A stretch of 64,000 nt of DNA from Patescibacteria group bacterium (GCA_041661385.1 JBAZUP010000001.1:418560-482559), one strand, 5' to 3'; numbered from the stretch's first letter, positions 47,764 to 59,000 are shown. Notes: generated from the sequence alone by a model not told the origin. Made by a program: numbers and translations.

Positions 47764-49167
47764 TTATTTTTTCTTCACTTCAATATTTGCATCATCCAAT
47801 GCTTTTTTTGGTACTGCAGAAGGTGCGCCCATCATTAGGTCGCGGGCATCGCCGGTTTTTGGTACCGCGATAACTTCTCTGATATTCGGTTCATTTGCTA
47901 AAATTGCAATTACTCGGTCAATCCCGAGCGCAATACCGCCATGGGGAGGAGCGCCAAAATCAAATGCCTCGAGCATGTGACCAAACTGATCCTGAATCTG
48001 CTCATCCTTGAAACCCATAACCTCAAAAACTTTTTTCAAAGCTCCGGATTGGTGGTTGCGGATGCTTCCCCCGCCGGCCTCGAAACCATTTAAAGCAATA
48101 TCGTATTGGGTAGTTAAAATATCGCCGATATTTTCTTTTTTCATAAGCAACTCCATATGCTCCGGTTTTGGACTTGAAAATGGATTGTGGCTAAAGGTCC
48201 AGCCGCCTTCATCGGTTTTTTCAAAAAATGGAAAATCAACCACCCAACAAAAAGCGAGCAGATCCGGATCATTTTTATCTTTCCGAAGATCCGGTTTGTC
48301 GGATTTATATTTTTCCATCGCTTCCTGATAAGTCAAACGTGGAAAAGGCATTTCTTGAATTTTTTTATGCGGCGTTACTGTCTGAACAAGTTTAATCAGC
48401 ATTTCTTCAATTACCGCCATTACATCTTCGCGTTCAACAAACGACATTTCGAGGTCTAACTGAGTAAATTCCGGCTGCCGATCACCGCGCTGATCTTCAT
48501 CTCTAAAACATCTTGCTACTTGGAAATATCTTTCCATTCCCGCCACCATCATGAGCTGTTTAAACTGCTGAGGCGATTGCGGTAAGACATAAAACTGGCC
48601 TGGATAAGTGCGGGATGGCACCAAAAACTCCCGCGCCCCTTCAGGGGTACCCTTGGTCAAAATTGGCGTTTCAATTTCCAAAAAATTATCCGCCAATAAA
48701 TGCTGGCGCATAAATTGAGTTACTGCGTTGCGCAAAACAATATTTTTTTTCATTCTTTCTGAACGCAAATCTAGATATCGATATTTAAGACGCAGTTCTT
48801 CATTTATACCTTTAGTATCTTTATCTATTTCAAATGGCGGAGTTTGCGCAGTGTTCAAAACTGTTAAAGTCTTAATTAAAATTTCAACCGTGCCGGTTGG
48901 CATCTCGGTATTTTTTTGTTTTTCACCGCGCTCTTGCACCACACCCGTAATCGAAAGCACCCATTCCGGCCTCACCTCTTTTAGAGTTTCAACCGAAACG
49001 GGATCCATTTGACTTGGCACGCCGACGCACTGCAAAATTCCCCCGCGATCGCGCAGATCAAGAAAAACAATTTTACCCATATTTCGACGGGCGTTTATCC
49101 AACCTTTTATGGTTACTTCTGTACCTACCAATTTAGGTGTTTCCACCGACAAAGTTCGTTTTGACAT
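47764..49167 (-). CDS. aspS: aspartate--tRNA ligase (short form lacking the GAD insert)
   Basis: FLDLRDR, RLKYRYLDLR, TPEGAR, LPQSPQ, CFRDED, PPHGGIALG; only 467 aa. Confidence 0.96.
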   Translation of the reverse strand: MSKRTLSVETPKLVGTEVTIKGWINARRNMGKIVFLDLRDRGGILQCVGVPSQMDPVSVETLKEVRPEWVLSITGVVQERGEKQKNTEMPTGTVEILIKTLTVLNTAQTPPFEIDKDTKGINEELRLKYRYLDLRSERMKKNIVLRNAVTQFMRQHLLADNFLEIETPILTKGTPEGAREFLVPSRTYPGQFYVLPQSPQQFKQLMMVAGMERYFQVARCFRDEDQRGDRQPEFTQLDLEMSFVEREDVMAVIEEMLIKLVQTVTPHKKIQEMPFPRLTYQEAMEKYKSDKPDLRKDKNDPDLLAFCWVVDFPFFEKTDEGGWTFSHNPFSSPKPEHMELLMKKENIGDILTTQYDIALNGFEAGGGSIRNHQSGALKKVFEVMGFKDEQIQDQFGHMLEAFDFGAPPHGGIALGIDRVIAILANEPNIREVIAVPKTGDARDLMMGAPSAVPKKALDDANIEVKKK

Positions 49168-49399
49168 ATATAAATAATCACATGAATTGCTGCCCTAGTT
49201 TAACAAACAAACCAAATCTTCGCAACCCCATAACCAAACAAAAAACCGCCCAAGCAACAGAGCGATTTTAATAGTAATTTTTTAGGGAAATGGAAATCAT
49301 TAGACACTATAAAAAAGCCGACTCATATTGTTATTTGATTGACTCGGGCGATATTTTCGCCTCCTCTTCGCTTTTGAAAATAGCGACCGGTATTTGGAA

Positions 49400-52333
49400 T
49401 TACTTACCTATTATTTCCTTCAAACCCCAAAAGGTTGAGCCGCCCTCGTGTATTAACGAATTAATTAAAGAATAAACACCCAACTTTGTTGATTTGTTTT
49501 TGTATAAAAAATCAAGTGTTTTAAACCACTCAGTATCAACATGAAATGGTTTTTTGTTTTTTCTAACCCCACCAATTAATAAGTGGAGGTTGGCGATTAC
49601 TAAGGTGTCATCAGGAGATACTTCTGCCAGTTTATTTATCATCATCGTCAGGCCATAATCCCAATCGAACGTACCACCAATTTTTTCTAACGTTAACCTA
49701 ACGGTTCTTGCAAGCCAAGCAATATCAAAAATCTCTTTTTCGTTTTCCAGCCAATAACCGAACTGGTTCAAGCACTTATTCTTGTTATTTTTTAAAACCC
49801 ACTCCCATATTTCATTTAATCGTTTTACGGCGAATGAATTTTTTTTAAGATGTTCTGTTGCTTGTGTATTCCTACCCGTAATAAACATTCTCCCAATAAA
49901 ACTGATAAAATTAGATTGCTTGTCAGTATTGTCTGCCCAAAATAATTTAAACAAGCGGTGATTAAAATCAAACTCCTCATAATGCATAAAGGCTAAAGCC
50001 ATATGCGTCGAGATACTCTCATCCGGGTCCCTAAAATATCTCCTTCCTTCATCCTTAATATTTAAATTGAGACCCTTCTCATAAAGTTCTTGAAATTTGG
50101 TCTCGAAAAACATTTCCTTATAGAGGTTATTAGATAGATAACCTTCCCACGCAGCTAAATACATGATCTCTTTTCCTATGGCCGATGTAAATACGCTAGG
50201 GATAAGAGCTAGTGCCCAATCTCTTTCCTGATAATATATTGCTGGTAAATAATGACCGAACATGAACATTATCGCTCTCGTTTTTTCATTTATTAAAACA
50301 TTTTCGTAGAGATCCTTTACATCCTTAGAAAGATTACTCTTTTTAGATTTACCAAACTTAACATCCAGTATTACAAAATTTATAAAAGCTTGAAATGCCT
50401 TGCCTCGCACTGAATTAATCGCCGTTGTATAAGGATCACCTATTTCATAATCATTATTACCAGGTGATTTAGTTCTAATTTTTGCGGTTTCGATAATTTC
50501 ATCTTTTGGAGCAGGGTCATTTTGCGAAAGCAAAAATTGGATAATGTAAAAAAAAACATCTCTTAATGCAGAAAAATCGCCGACTAATTCAATATTTCCA
50601 TCCTGTAATAGTACTCTCATTAGATTGGCCGTCGCACTATAAACTGCATTCCAATTTGCAAGCCAACCCCTACGTTTTCTCTCGTCCACTTCAAGAATCT
50701 CTTCAACGGGTCTTTTTGAAATTGCAATGGATAAATTCAGTACATTTAATAGACTTCCTCTGACAAACTTTTTTTCATTAATTAAGGAAGTTATTTTCTG
50801 AATAAATGCGTAGGTATAATGGGGATCAATATATTTGTGGTCGAAAAATAACTGAGCACTGTGAAGAAACTCCTCAGTTCTAACTTCAAATTCCTTCTTT
50901 AAACGCTCAGCCACTCCGTCACCATCAATCGGATGAAGAAAATCACCCTGACCATACTTCTCTACCAGATTCGCCGGAGCCCAATCTGATCTTAATAATT
51001 GAATAATTTCAGGAACAGTCTTAGACCAGTCAGTTTCGTTCCCGGGGGCTTTCGGTACAAGGGTACCGGAAACAATTTCACCTATAGTTGGCTGGGGATT
51101 GTAATTTTCATTTAGTTTTCCGAAGACCTCCTGCGATTTTATTTTCTCGTCTTCGGTAAGAAATGGAAATGCGGACGATAAAATATCACTACCGTGAATA
51201 TTTAGATCTTCTTCAGCTTTAAACCTATCAATTACCTTTGAAACATAAAGACGCTGATCAGCCGAGCTCAAGAATGAAAAACATGCTTGTATAAGCCTTT
51301 CGTATTCTGCGCCAAAAATTAAATCGCCTGGATCTTCGTAATCAAAAATTCGAAATAGCTCATTTCTAATATTAACCTTAAATATTTCTGGACATAATGA
51401 GAAAACATATAATTTGAGTCGCCATACAGTCCTGCTATCTGGGAGAATGTTAATATATTTACCATACATACCCATTACATAATCCTTGTTTGAAATATTT
51501 TTTTCAAAAACTTTTTTTAACAAAATTGTAACTGTTGCGGCAAGTTCTCGAACATCGTCCCTAAAAGAAATATGTTTTTGCCGATGGGAAGTTATAGTAA
51601 AAAAATCGACGTCGTAAAAATGGAATGAATCTTCTATAGAAAAAATTTTTCCTTTCTGCTTACTACCCAACAAAACTATCCTTGCAAAAACGTTAATAAC
51701 AACCGCAAGAGCTTTCTCGAGATAAGATGAGTCAATATTATTTATATAGCCAAATATATCAATGTGAGACAGGTCATTAAGATAAAAAGGATTATCGGAA
51801 AATCCCGGACCCTTATTATTTAGGTCTTCCTTTGTCCGAATTGAAAATATCGCATCAATTAAAATCAACAGATTTTCATTATCACCGGCTTTTGAAAGCG
51901 TTTCAAGCATTTTCTGATATTCAATTCCCCACCTGCTATAATTACCCATTAGAGTAACCCACTTTTCACTATAAATTTTCGGAACTAGTCGCGCTAATTG
52001 GTCTGGTGGTAATTTTTCGGCAATCCAAAGAAATTGATCCACAACCTCAGGATTAAAAGTATCTGGTGATATTGGAATTTGTAAAACTAAATCTACTACT
52101 TTTTCTGGTACTTTTTGCGCCATACGAACCAGATAATTAAGTTCTGGCATTCTGTACGAATATACTGATAAATTTTCTGCCTTACTTTTAATAGGATCCA
52201 TGAACCCATTTTCCCACAGCCAATCAAGCCAGCGTTCATCGGCTTGAGAATAAAAATATTGGTGAGAATCAAAATTCAGATCTATAATATCCTTAACCTT
52301 TTTTAGATCTAAATTTGATGGGTTAGAAGTCAT
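49400..52333 (-). CDS. large alpha-helical hypothetical protein (977 aa)
   Basis: Long uninterrupted ORF, no TM segment or Walker motif recognised; TAINSVRGKAF and AAWEGYL segments. Confidence 0.75.
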   Translation of the reverse strand: MTSNPSNLDLKKVKDIIDLNFDSHQYFYSQADERWLDWLWENGFMDPIKSKAENLSVYSYRMPELNYLVRMAQKVPEKVVDLVLQIPISPDTFNPEVVDQFLWIAEKLPPDQLARLVPKIYSEKWVTLMGNYSRWGIEYQKMLETLSKAGDNENLLILIDAIFSIRTKEDLNNKGPGFSDNPFYLNDLSHIDIFGYINNIDSSYLEKALAVVINVFARIVLLGSKQKGKIFSIEDSFHFYDVDFFTITSHRQKHISFRDDVRELAATVTILLKKVFEKNISNKDYVMGMYGKYINILPDSRTVWRLKLYVFSLCPEIFKVNIRNELFRIFDYEDPGDLIFGAEYERLIQACFSFLSSADQRLYVSKVIDRFKAEEDLNIHGSDILSSAFPFLTEDEKIKSQEVFGKLNENYNPQPTIGEIVSGTLVPKAPGNETDWSKTVPEIIQLLRSDWAPANLVEKYGQGDFLHPIDGDGVAERLKKEFEVRTEEFLHSAQLFFDHKYIDPHYTYAFIQKITSLINEKKFVRGSLLNVLNLSIAISKRPVEEILEVDERKRRGWLANWNAVYSATANLMRVLLQDGNIELVGDFSALRDVFFYIIQFLLSQNDPAPKDEIIETAKIRTKSPGNNDYEIGDPYTTAINSVRGKAFQAFINFVILDVKFGKSKKSNLSKDVKDLYENVLINEKTRAIMFMFGHYLPAIYYQERDWALALIPSVFTSAIGKEIMYLAAWEGYLSNNLYKEMFFETKFQELYEKGLNLNIKDEGRRYFRDPDESISTHMALAFMHYEEFDFNHRLFKLFWADNTDKQSNFISFIGRMFITGRNTQATEHLKKNSFAVKRLNEIWEWVLKNNKNKCLNQFGYWLENEKEIFDIAWLARTVRLTLEKIGGTFDWDYGLTMMINKLAEVSPDDTLVIANLHLLIGGVRKNKKPFHVDTEWFKTLDFLYKNKSTKLGVYSLINSLIHEGGSTFWGLKEIIGK

Positions 52334-52338
52334 ATTTT

Positions 52339-52902
52339 TTAACTATTTGTTGAAGTATCAACTTTAGCAGTTTCGGGCACATTTTTTAAAATGCGATCAA
52401 TTTCTAGATGGATATCAATCTGATGCGTTAAAGCGCTAAGCATTACATTTTCAAAATCTGAAACTAAGTTTTCGAAGTCTTTCTCACTAAATGAAGCATA
52501 ATCAGTGTTGTTTTTTTCCACATTTCCATGATGTGCAAGACCGTTTAATTTCCCATATATAATACCCATATCCCGAATGGTTATGGGAGTCGCGTGAACT
52601 GATCCAAATTTCTTTAGAGCCTCTGCTTTATTTGTTGGGATATCCTCCACATTAGGACTATAAAATGGATACAGAATTTCACGAAGAGAGTTTGCGGCCT
52701 GTGCCATCCAATCCGGATTGGCTTTTAAATTTTTTTGTGACACAAAAAAAGCACCCCTGAGCATATCAGAAGGCTTTGTTTTCAACCTGTATAAATCATG
52801 GAGATCATCTAACCGTCTACACAGGTCTTCTTGCTTGGGACTTAAAGCTACAGGCGATAAATCAAATTCGCCTACAGCTTTCGGCAGCTCTGAATTAACC
52901 AT
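52339..52902 (-). CDS. hypothetical protein, possibly HEPN-like nuclease
   Basis: NPDWMAQAANSLREIL and YGKLNGLAHH resemble HEPN-related helical domains; 5 nt upstream of the 977-aa gene. Confidence 0.55.
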   Translation of the reverse strand: MVNSELPKAVGEFDLSPVALSPKQEDLCRRLDDLHDLYRLKTKPSDMLRGAFFVSQKNLKANPDWMAQAANSLREILYPFYSPNVEDIPTNKAEALKKFGSVHATPITIRDMGIIYGKLNGLAHHGNVEKNNTDYASFSEKDFENLVSDFENVMLSALTHQIDIHLEIDRILKNVPETAKVDTSTNS

Positions 52903-53117
52903 AAATTAACATTGTCATGAACCAAGCTTACACCTTTGTCTGCAATAAATAAAGACTTCCGATGTGCTCAGACTACATATGATCTGGCTAATTCAGACCT
53001 ATTAAATTTGCACTAAGACAGTGCACGCTATAGGTTTTGCGAAGCTTAGTTATCTACAGGTCCAAACATATAAAAAACAAACCACTTTTGAGAGGCCTGT
53101 TAAATTAATAATGTTTC

Positions 53118-53572
53118 TTAACCCACGATCTCATTAATTGATTGATCAACAATAATTTGCGGATTCTCTTTTATCAAATCGAATATGAATTGTTTTAAAG
53201 TTTCCTTTTTGAACGTCAACGCAATAATTTTTAGATAATTCGTCTTTCCATCATCTTCATATACAAGTATCAACGATTTATACATTCCACCAATTAAACC
53301 TTTTTGTATTTTACTATTTTTTTTATTTCCACGATTCTTCTTATTACAAACAAATGGACATATTTAACTCCATTATTTTCTATAATTAGATATGCCCCTT
53401 TTGTTAAAGCTAGGATATATGCAACTGCAAAACCAAACATCAGCAGAGAAAATCCTAGGGCATCTCTAACTCCATTTGTATTTGTGATTACCGAAATGTT
53501 AATCACCCAGAACAACAAAAGAACAATAATTGTTATTTTTATTTCATTAGTCAGACTCGACTTATATTTCAT
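53118..53572 (-). pseudogene. frameshifted membrane protein (2 TM plus PH-like domain)
   Basis: ORF 53294-53572 continues in another frame after the A8 run at 53317-53324: SKIQKGLIGGMYKSLILVYEDDGK...NPQIIVDQSINEIVG* (stop 53118-53120); 455 nt, one base short of a whole codon count. Confidence 0.7.
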
Positions 53573-53589
53573 AATGGGTTTTGTACAGC

Positions 53590-54399
53590 TTATTGTTTCT
53601 GTACAGAATTTCTAGCAACTTCAACAAGATATGCTTTATAACCTAAGCTCCAATAAGCCAACAGCCAAATAAATCCTGTTAAACCAAACCAGCCGGCCAC
53701 AAACATTATCACAATTTTATCTAAGGTCAACAGAATGCCAGTTAGAATTATAAATATTTTATTTCCGCGATAAATTACTACTCCTAGAATAAAGTAAATA
53801 ATCAATGAAACCACTAAAAAAAGAGTTATGGGCGTTTTTAACAAAGCAACATAACCTACGGTTATAATAACGGACAAAAATATCACCATAGCACTTTGTT
53901 TTCGATATGATTTCCAAACAGACAAAGAATTGTAATTTTTTATTTGGAACTCCTTTTCTTCTTGTGACATTTTGAATGTCCCGGATTTAATCGGGCTTTG
54001 TTCACTTCCTACCTGGTTAAATCTGCCTTTAAGATGTTTATGGAAGAAAATCCAAACAATCAGAATAAGCATTAACTCGAATATATTAAAAGAAATATAT
54101 CCATTGTGACCAGCAAAAAAGTTCGCCAGGGTGTCAAAAACAATTACCAAAACAGAATAACCAAAAACAATATTTGTCCAAATTAATATCTTTTCAACCA
54201 TTTTTACCAGCTTATAAAGATAAAAACCTGATATAATTAAATCTATTGTATGCACGACCCCAGCAGCAACATTTGTAAGAACATTTCCATAGAAATCTGC
54301 ACCTCTCATCAAACCCGATATACCAAGAAGATCAATAAGAATATTCAAACCCAATAGAACTAAGATAAACCAGATAAATGTAGATTTTTTTTTATTCAT
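53590..54399 (-). CDS. multi-pass membrane hypothetical protein
   Basis: 269 aa with about eight hydrophobic segments in two blocks. Confidence 0.7.
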   Translation of the reverse strand: MNKKKSTFIWFILVLLGLNILIDLLGISGLMRGADFYGNVLTNVAAGVVHTIDLIISGFYLYKLVKMVEKILIWTNIVFGYSVLVIVFDTLANFFAGHNGYISFNIFELMLILIVWIFFHKHLKGRFNQVGSEQSPIKSGTFKMSQEEKEFQIKNYNSLSVWKSYRKQSAMVIFLSVIITVGYVALLKTPITLFLVVSLIIYFILGVVIYRGNKIFIILTGILLTLDKIVIMFVAGWFGLTGFIWLLAYWSLGYKAYLVEVARNSVQKQ

Positions 54400-54403
54400 A
54401 AAA

Positions 54404-54646
54404 TTAGCTTCTTGTTTGTATATAGGTTGCTATTAAAGTAAGCACAATGATGAACACTCCAATAAACATTATTATCCATTTGGTAATCCTGTCTTTATCC
54501 GAGCTGTCCAACCCACCCACGGAACCAGCGCCAAATGGGCCGAACCACCACGCTACTTTTTTAGCTACCTTAATTACACTTTCAAGCTGCGATGCGAAAA
54601 TGATTAAAACACCTAGTGCAAGGACTGAAAGATTTATAAGCTTCAT
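54404..54646 (-). CDS. small 2-TM protein, candidate immunity for the orphan Rhs tip
   Basis: Overlaps the stop codon of the orphan Rhs ORF (ATGA coupling). Confidence 0.55.
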   Translation of the reverse strand: MKLINLSVLALGVLIIFASQLESVIKVAKKVAWWFGPFGAGSVGGLDSSDKDRITKWIIMFIGVFIIVLTLIATYIQTRS

Positions 54647-55683
54647 AATTTGGTCTTTTTTGGACTTACAATTTTTGACTCAACATGATCAATTATGCTT
54701 TTTCCAGTGGTAAGCTGACTAGCCTTATCCAGAGTATTATAAATTATCTTACCAGTTTTTTCAGTGAGATATTTAAGAGTTGATTGACCCACTCCAGCAG
54801 ATTTAGCGTTCCGATATATTTTATATGCAGGCGATACTTTGGAAACATACGTGGGAACGTCTTTTGCAGAGAAGAACAATAGATCCCCTCCTGTTGCAGC
54901 AGAATCAAACAACGTATTATCTTTCAAAATTGAATTCGAGAACTCGCGATATGGTCCCTGCGTGTTTGAACGAGATGGTTCCCGATCCATGAAGGAACCA
55001 ACAATGTTTTCAGCTGCATTTGATGAATCGGCAAATGCACTATCTAAGTTGCCTAAAGATCCTGCTGTTAGCAAGGCGGCTGCCTGAGGCTGTCCTACGG
55101 CTAATGCTCCCCCAGCGAAGATTGCTTGTGGTACGGCTGCAAGTCCGTCTAAGACGGTTTTTCCAACTTGAAGCGCTCCCACACCAAATGTTTTTGCAGC
55201 GAACTCACCCGCTTCATCAACGTAATTCAAGGGGTTGTTTAGAGCATAGGAATAGCTATTCATATGCTGGGGGTTAGAGAGATAACTTTGTAGATCCATT
55301 TTTGTATACCTTCTAATCTGATCAGAGTCTCCAACTGCCAGAAATGCTGGATCCTGGGATAGGAGCTGACATCTCGAACCATCCTGATATCGAGCTCCCA
55401 TATAGTTCAAACCGGTATCCATGTCGTACTCATGTCCAGTAAATTTCTTTGGTTCGTTTAACCCGTTTGTCTGTTCATCAATCCGTATACCACCATATGG
55501 ATAGTAATCTGTCAACTCCGCAATGGTCCCGGTCACTGTGGTCATAATATTTGACCCACCTAAGTGGTCAGTATGAACGTTATATACACTAGAACTAGCA
55601 TTAGACCCTTTTACCGTAGCGACAAGCGTATCACCAAGATAAAATTGCTTCATGGTTGTTGTGCCACTGACCGTGTATGCCAT
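54643..55683 (-). CDS. orphan Rhs core plus variable C-terminal domain
   Basis: HTDHLGGS, DYYPYG, FTGHEYD.DTGLNYMGARY, SQDP, NSYSYALNNPLNYVDEAG; lacks the N-terminal shell. Confidence 0.88.
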   Translation of the reverse strand: MAYTVSGTTTMKQFYLGDTLVATVKGSNASSSVYNVHTDHLGGSNIMTTVTGTIAELTDYYPYGGIRIDEQTNGLNEPKKFTGHEYDMDTGLNYMGARYQDGSRCQLLSQDPAFLAVGDSDQIRRYTKMDLQSYLSNPQHMNSYSYALNNPLNYVDEAGEFAAKTFGVGALQVGKTVLDGLAAVPQAIFAGGALAVGQPQAAALLTAGSLGNLDSAFADSSNAAENIVGSFMDREPSRSNTQGPYREFSNSILKDNTLFDSAATGGDLLFFSAKDVPTYVSKVSPAYKIYRNAKSAGVGQSTLKYLTEKTGKIIYNTLDKASQLTTGKSIIDHVESKIVSPKKTKL

Positions 55684-55696
55684 AGCTCGAATAATA

Positions 55697-56044
55697 CTAG
55701 TCGATCAACCACCCAAGATAATAAAACTGAACAAATATCATTATTACCTGCATTAAAAACAATAATGACCCGACTAATGCTGACTTAATTTTATTATATT
55801 GCCTAAGCTCATTTACGGTTAATATAATATTTACTCCAACTAAAATCAAAAGTGGATAATAAATTATGAAATTTTCTATTTGGCTACGCCAAGGCCCGTG
55901 ATTAATGCCATTTGCATACCAAACTGATTCGGGTGGTAGAAATATATAATACGATTCAAACCAATATATTATAAATGGTAAAAGCCATGCGACTAAAGTT
56001 AAGATATATAAAATTAAATCTTGCCGCTTAAATTTGGTTAGCAT
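55697..56044 (-). CDS. 3-TM protein, candidate immunity for the main Rhs toxin
   Basis: Starts 1 nt after the Rhs stop codon. Confidence 0.55.
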   Translation of the reverse strand: MLTKFKRQDLILYILTLVAWLLPFIIYWFESYYIFLPPESVWYANGINHGPWRSQIENFIIYYPLLILVGVNIILTVNELRQYNKIKSALVGSLLFLMQVIMIFVQFYYLGWLID

Positions 56045-56045
56045 A

Positions 56046-59000
56046 TTATTTCTTAGTTGCTTTTATAATAGATTTGATTATCGACACGGCATTCTTAATA
56101 TCCGTAACAATATTTCTGTTATAATTTGGGTTATTTAATTGTGCTTGTACCCTCTGCCCATAAGATGTGACGCCTTTGGCTGGGCTATAGTTATATCTAC
56201 TCGCAGTGAGTGCCGTACTATCGGACCGACCTTGCTCTTTTGCAATATTACGAACTCCGGCATCGATGTTTTTTGCTGGATCGCGAGCTAGCTCTGCTTT
56301 GTTATAACCATATTCTTTTCCGATCTTGCCACTTACCTGCATTACCCCAACACCGCCACTACCAACATTTGGAAATAACTGCTCACGACCAAGTACTTCA
56401 TCCGGCTGTAAGTGCGATTGCTCTTCGTACATAATCGCATTAGTAAGATTGGAACTAACTCCATATTTAGTACTTGCATCATTAACAGTTGTTTGATTTT
56501 GCTGAATTGCTTCCAACGCGCGCTCATGACCACCAAAAACTTCTCCAGTTTTCATCATAAACCCACTAACACCAGAATACCCGCTCCAGTCGTAAAATCC
56601 ATACCACCAAAATCTACCATCTGGATCTTTATTTACAACTGGATTATTACCGGCATATGCATACGCATTCATAGCTTGCGGATTTAATAGTGCATCTTTA
56701 CCATCCGAAGTTAGTCCGATTTCCCCAAATACTGGATCTTGTGACACAAACTGCCCGCGTGCTGAATCATAATATCTCGCATTAAGATATGACAAACTAT
56801 TATCATCTGTAAACTGACCGATAAATTTGCGCTTATCGCTAGCAGTACCGGCATTTATTCGCTCGGCACCGTATGGATAATAATCGACCGCCTGAATAAT
56901 ATTTGCACCTGAATCCGTAATAATATTTGTGCTTCCAAGTTGGTCGGAATGAACAAAATGTGTTGAAGATACACTACCGTTTTTCTCAACTGTTGCCAAG
57001 AGATCACTACCAACGAATATATATTTTGTGGATGTGTTTCCTACTATACTGTAGTATCTATTGGAATATGTTGTGGTTGTTCCACCCGTTCCAAGTTTAC
57101 GATACATCACCCTGTTACCGTCTTGGTCATACAGGTAGGTTGAAGTAACCCTGTTTGCAGTGGATGTTGCGAGTTGATTGCGATAGTCCCAAGTATACAG
57201 TATGCTCGCCGAAGACGATGTCATGTTGCCATTCTTGTCATAGCTAAATGTTGTTGTGCCGACAGCTGTTACCGCATCCGGATTGGCATAACTAGAACCC
57301 TGGTAACCCAAATAGCTATAATCCCCAACGTCACTGCGATTAGTGATATTTCCTAGTGCATCATAAGCATAGGTTTGAGTGTAATCACCACTTTTTACAG
57401 CATCGGTGACTTTAGCCGAGAGCAAACGGTTCAAATTATCATAGCTGTAGATATTAAGCTTGCTGGTACTGGTTGAAGAATTATCTAAAATTTGAGTAAT
57501 GTTACCAACCTTGTCGTAAGCGTAACTCAAGTTCTGTATAGCATTGCCTGGTGCATAGAAATAATCACGGCCATTGGTCCAAGCCCCCTCATTACCAAGG
57601 TTATCCCAGAATTTGATACGCCAGAAGTATTTCATGCCATTATTTGGAATTGCTGGGCCAGCATAGGCAATATTTGGTGTTCTTGCACCGACAGCAATGC
57701 TAGGAGAAAGTGTTTGTGAGCCAGAATCCCAGAGTGGCGCGGAGAAATCGGCCCCGCTTTGAGTAACTTGTATTCTATAATTAGTCGCTGAGGTGGAAGT
57801 GTTAGCTGATTCATACAGCGCGCTGAATTGTGGGGTAGAAGTAATCTTGGTCGCCTGCTTTGGCCAGAAATGAACATTATCAAACCAGATTGTATTCGTT
57901 GACGAACCTAAATAGAACATCAAACGAACATTTGAATCACCCTGTGATGGCGTAATTTCAAATTGGTAAGTCTTCCATGCTGGATTTAACAGGAATGTGT
58001 TATACGAAAGATCTGAATATGCATCATGGTTCTGGTTAATTGCGACCGCTTCAGTGGTACTAACGGTTCCTTTGGCATCAAAGGATAAAATATAGGTCGT
58101 TGAAGTCGCGACTGCAGTATTTTGCGCAAGTTGCACCTGCCAGGCTTGCCCACCATAATTAACTATTGTTTTATTTGAGCAGCCGCCATCGGTTGTACTG
58201 GTAGTACAATCAACTGAATTTGTTGACTGGCCTGTGCCACCGTTTGACCAAGCATACCAATTGTTCATGCTCGTTTCAAAACTTTGGTTCTTGATCATAT
58301 TCAAGCCGTCTGGAATAACTTCCACGTCATCAAACCAAATGGTACTGGTGCTAGCACCTAGATAATAGAATACCCGTGCCAGTTCATCTGTACCATTACT
58401 GGTGAATGAATATGTATATTGCTTCCAATTTGGTGTAATACTGACACCAGTTGCAAGGCCATAATCCGACCAGGGGCTATGGTCTTGATTAATACCAAAG
58501 GTAATCGTTGTAGTAGCGTTGGCTTTGGCCCTAAACTTCACAGTGTAATTCATTCCATTATCTACGCGTAAATCTTGCCAGAGCTGTGAATCCCAAACAT
58601 TGCCGCCAGTCGGTACAGTGACCTGTTGTGAACAATTACCAGTATATGAAGCAGTGCAATCAAGTGTGGCAGTGCCTGTTGCAGACCAATACTTCCAAAC
58701 GCTAAGCAATGCTCCCTCAAAACTATCATCATAAATTATGCTTTGAGTAATAGCCAGACCGTTTACAGTCATATTCCGTGGAGCAGTCGGACCACCAGCT
58801 ACACCCGAAGAAGAAGTATTGATTAGATAATATGCACCCGGCATTAGTCCCTCACCATAGTAACCAACGCTGCTGGTTGGCAACGACGTATTTTTGTTAA
58901 TGAGACGATAGAGCCGATTCGCATCATATGTAAATGTAGTTGTGACTCCAGATGGATATGTGATTTGTGCAGTCTGACCGAGGGGTGAATAAATAATATT

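Noticed and set aside
49331-49399. 22 open codons in frame after the stop of the 977-aa gene (read-through or gene remnant)
   Set aside because: Too short to distinguish from chance; TAA is a poor read-through stop
52920-53051. Integron attC site
   Set aside because: Ends AGATAAC and GTTCATG do not fit RYYYAAC/GTTRRRY, there is no integrase, and no repeated sites occur between neighbouring genes
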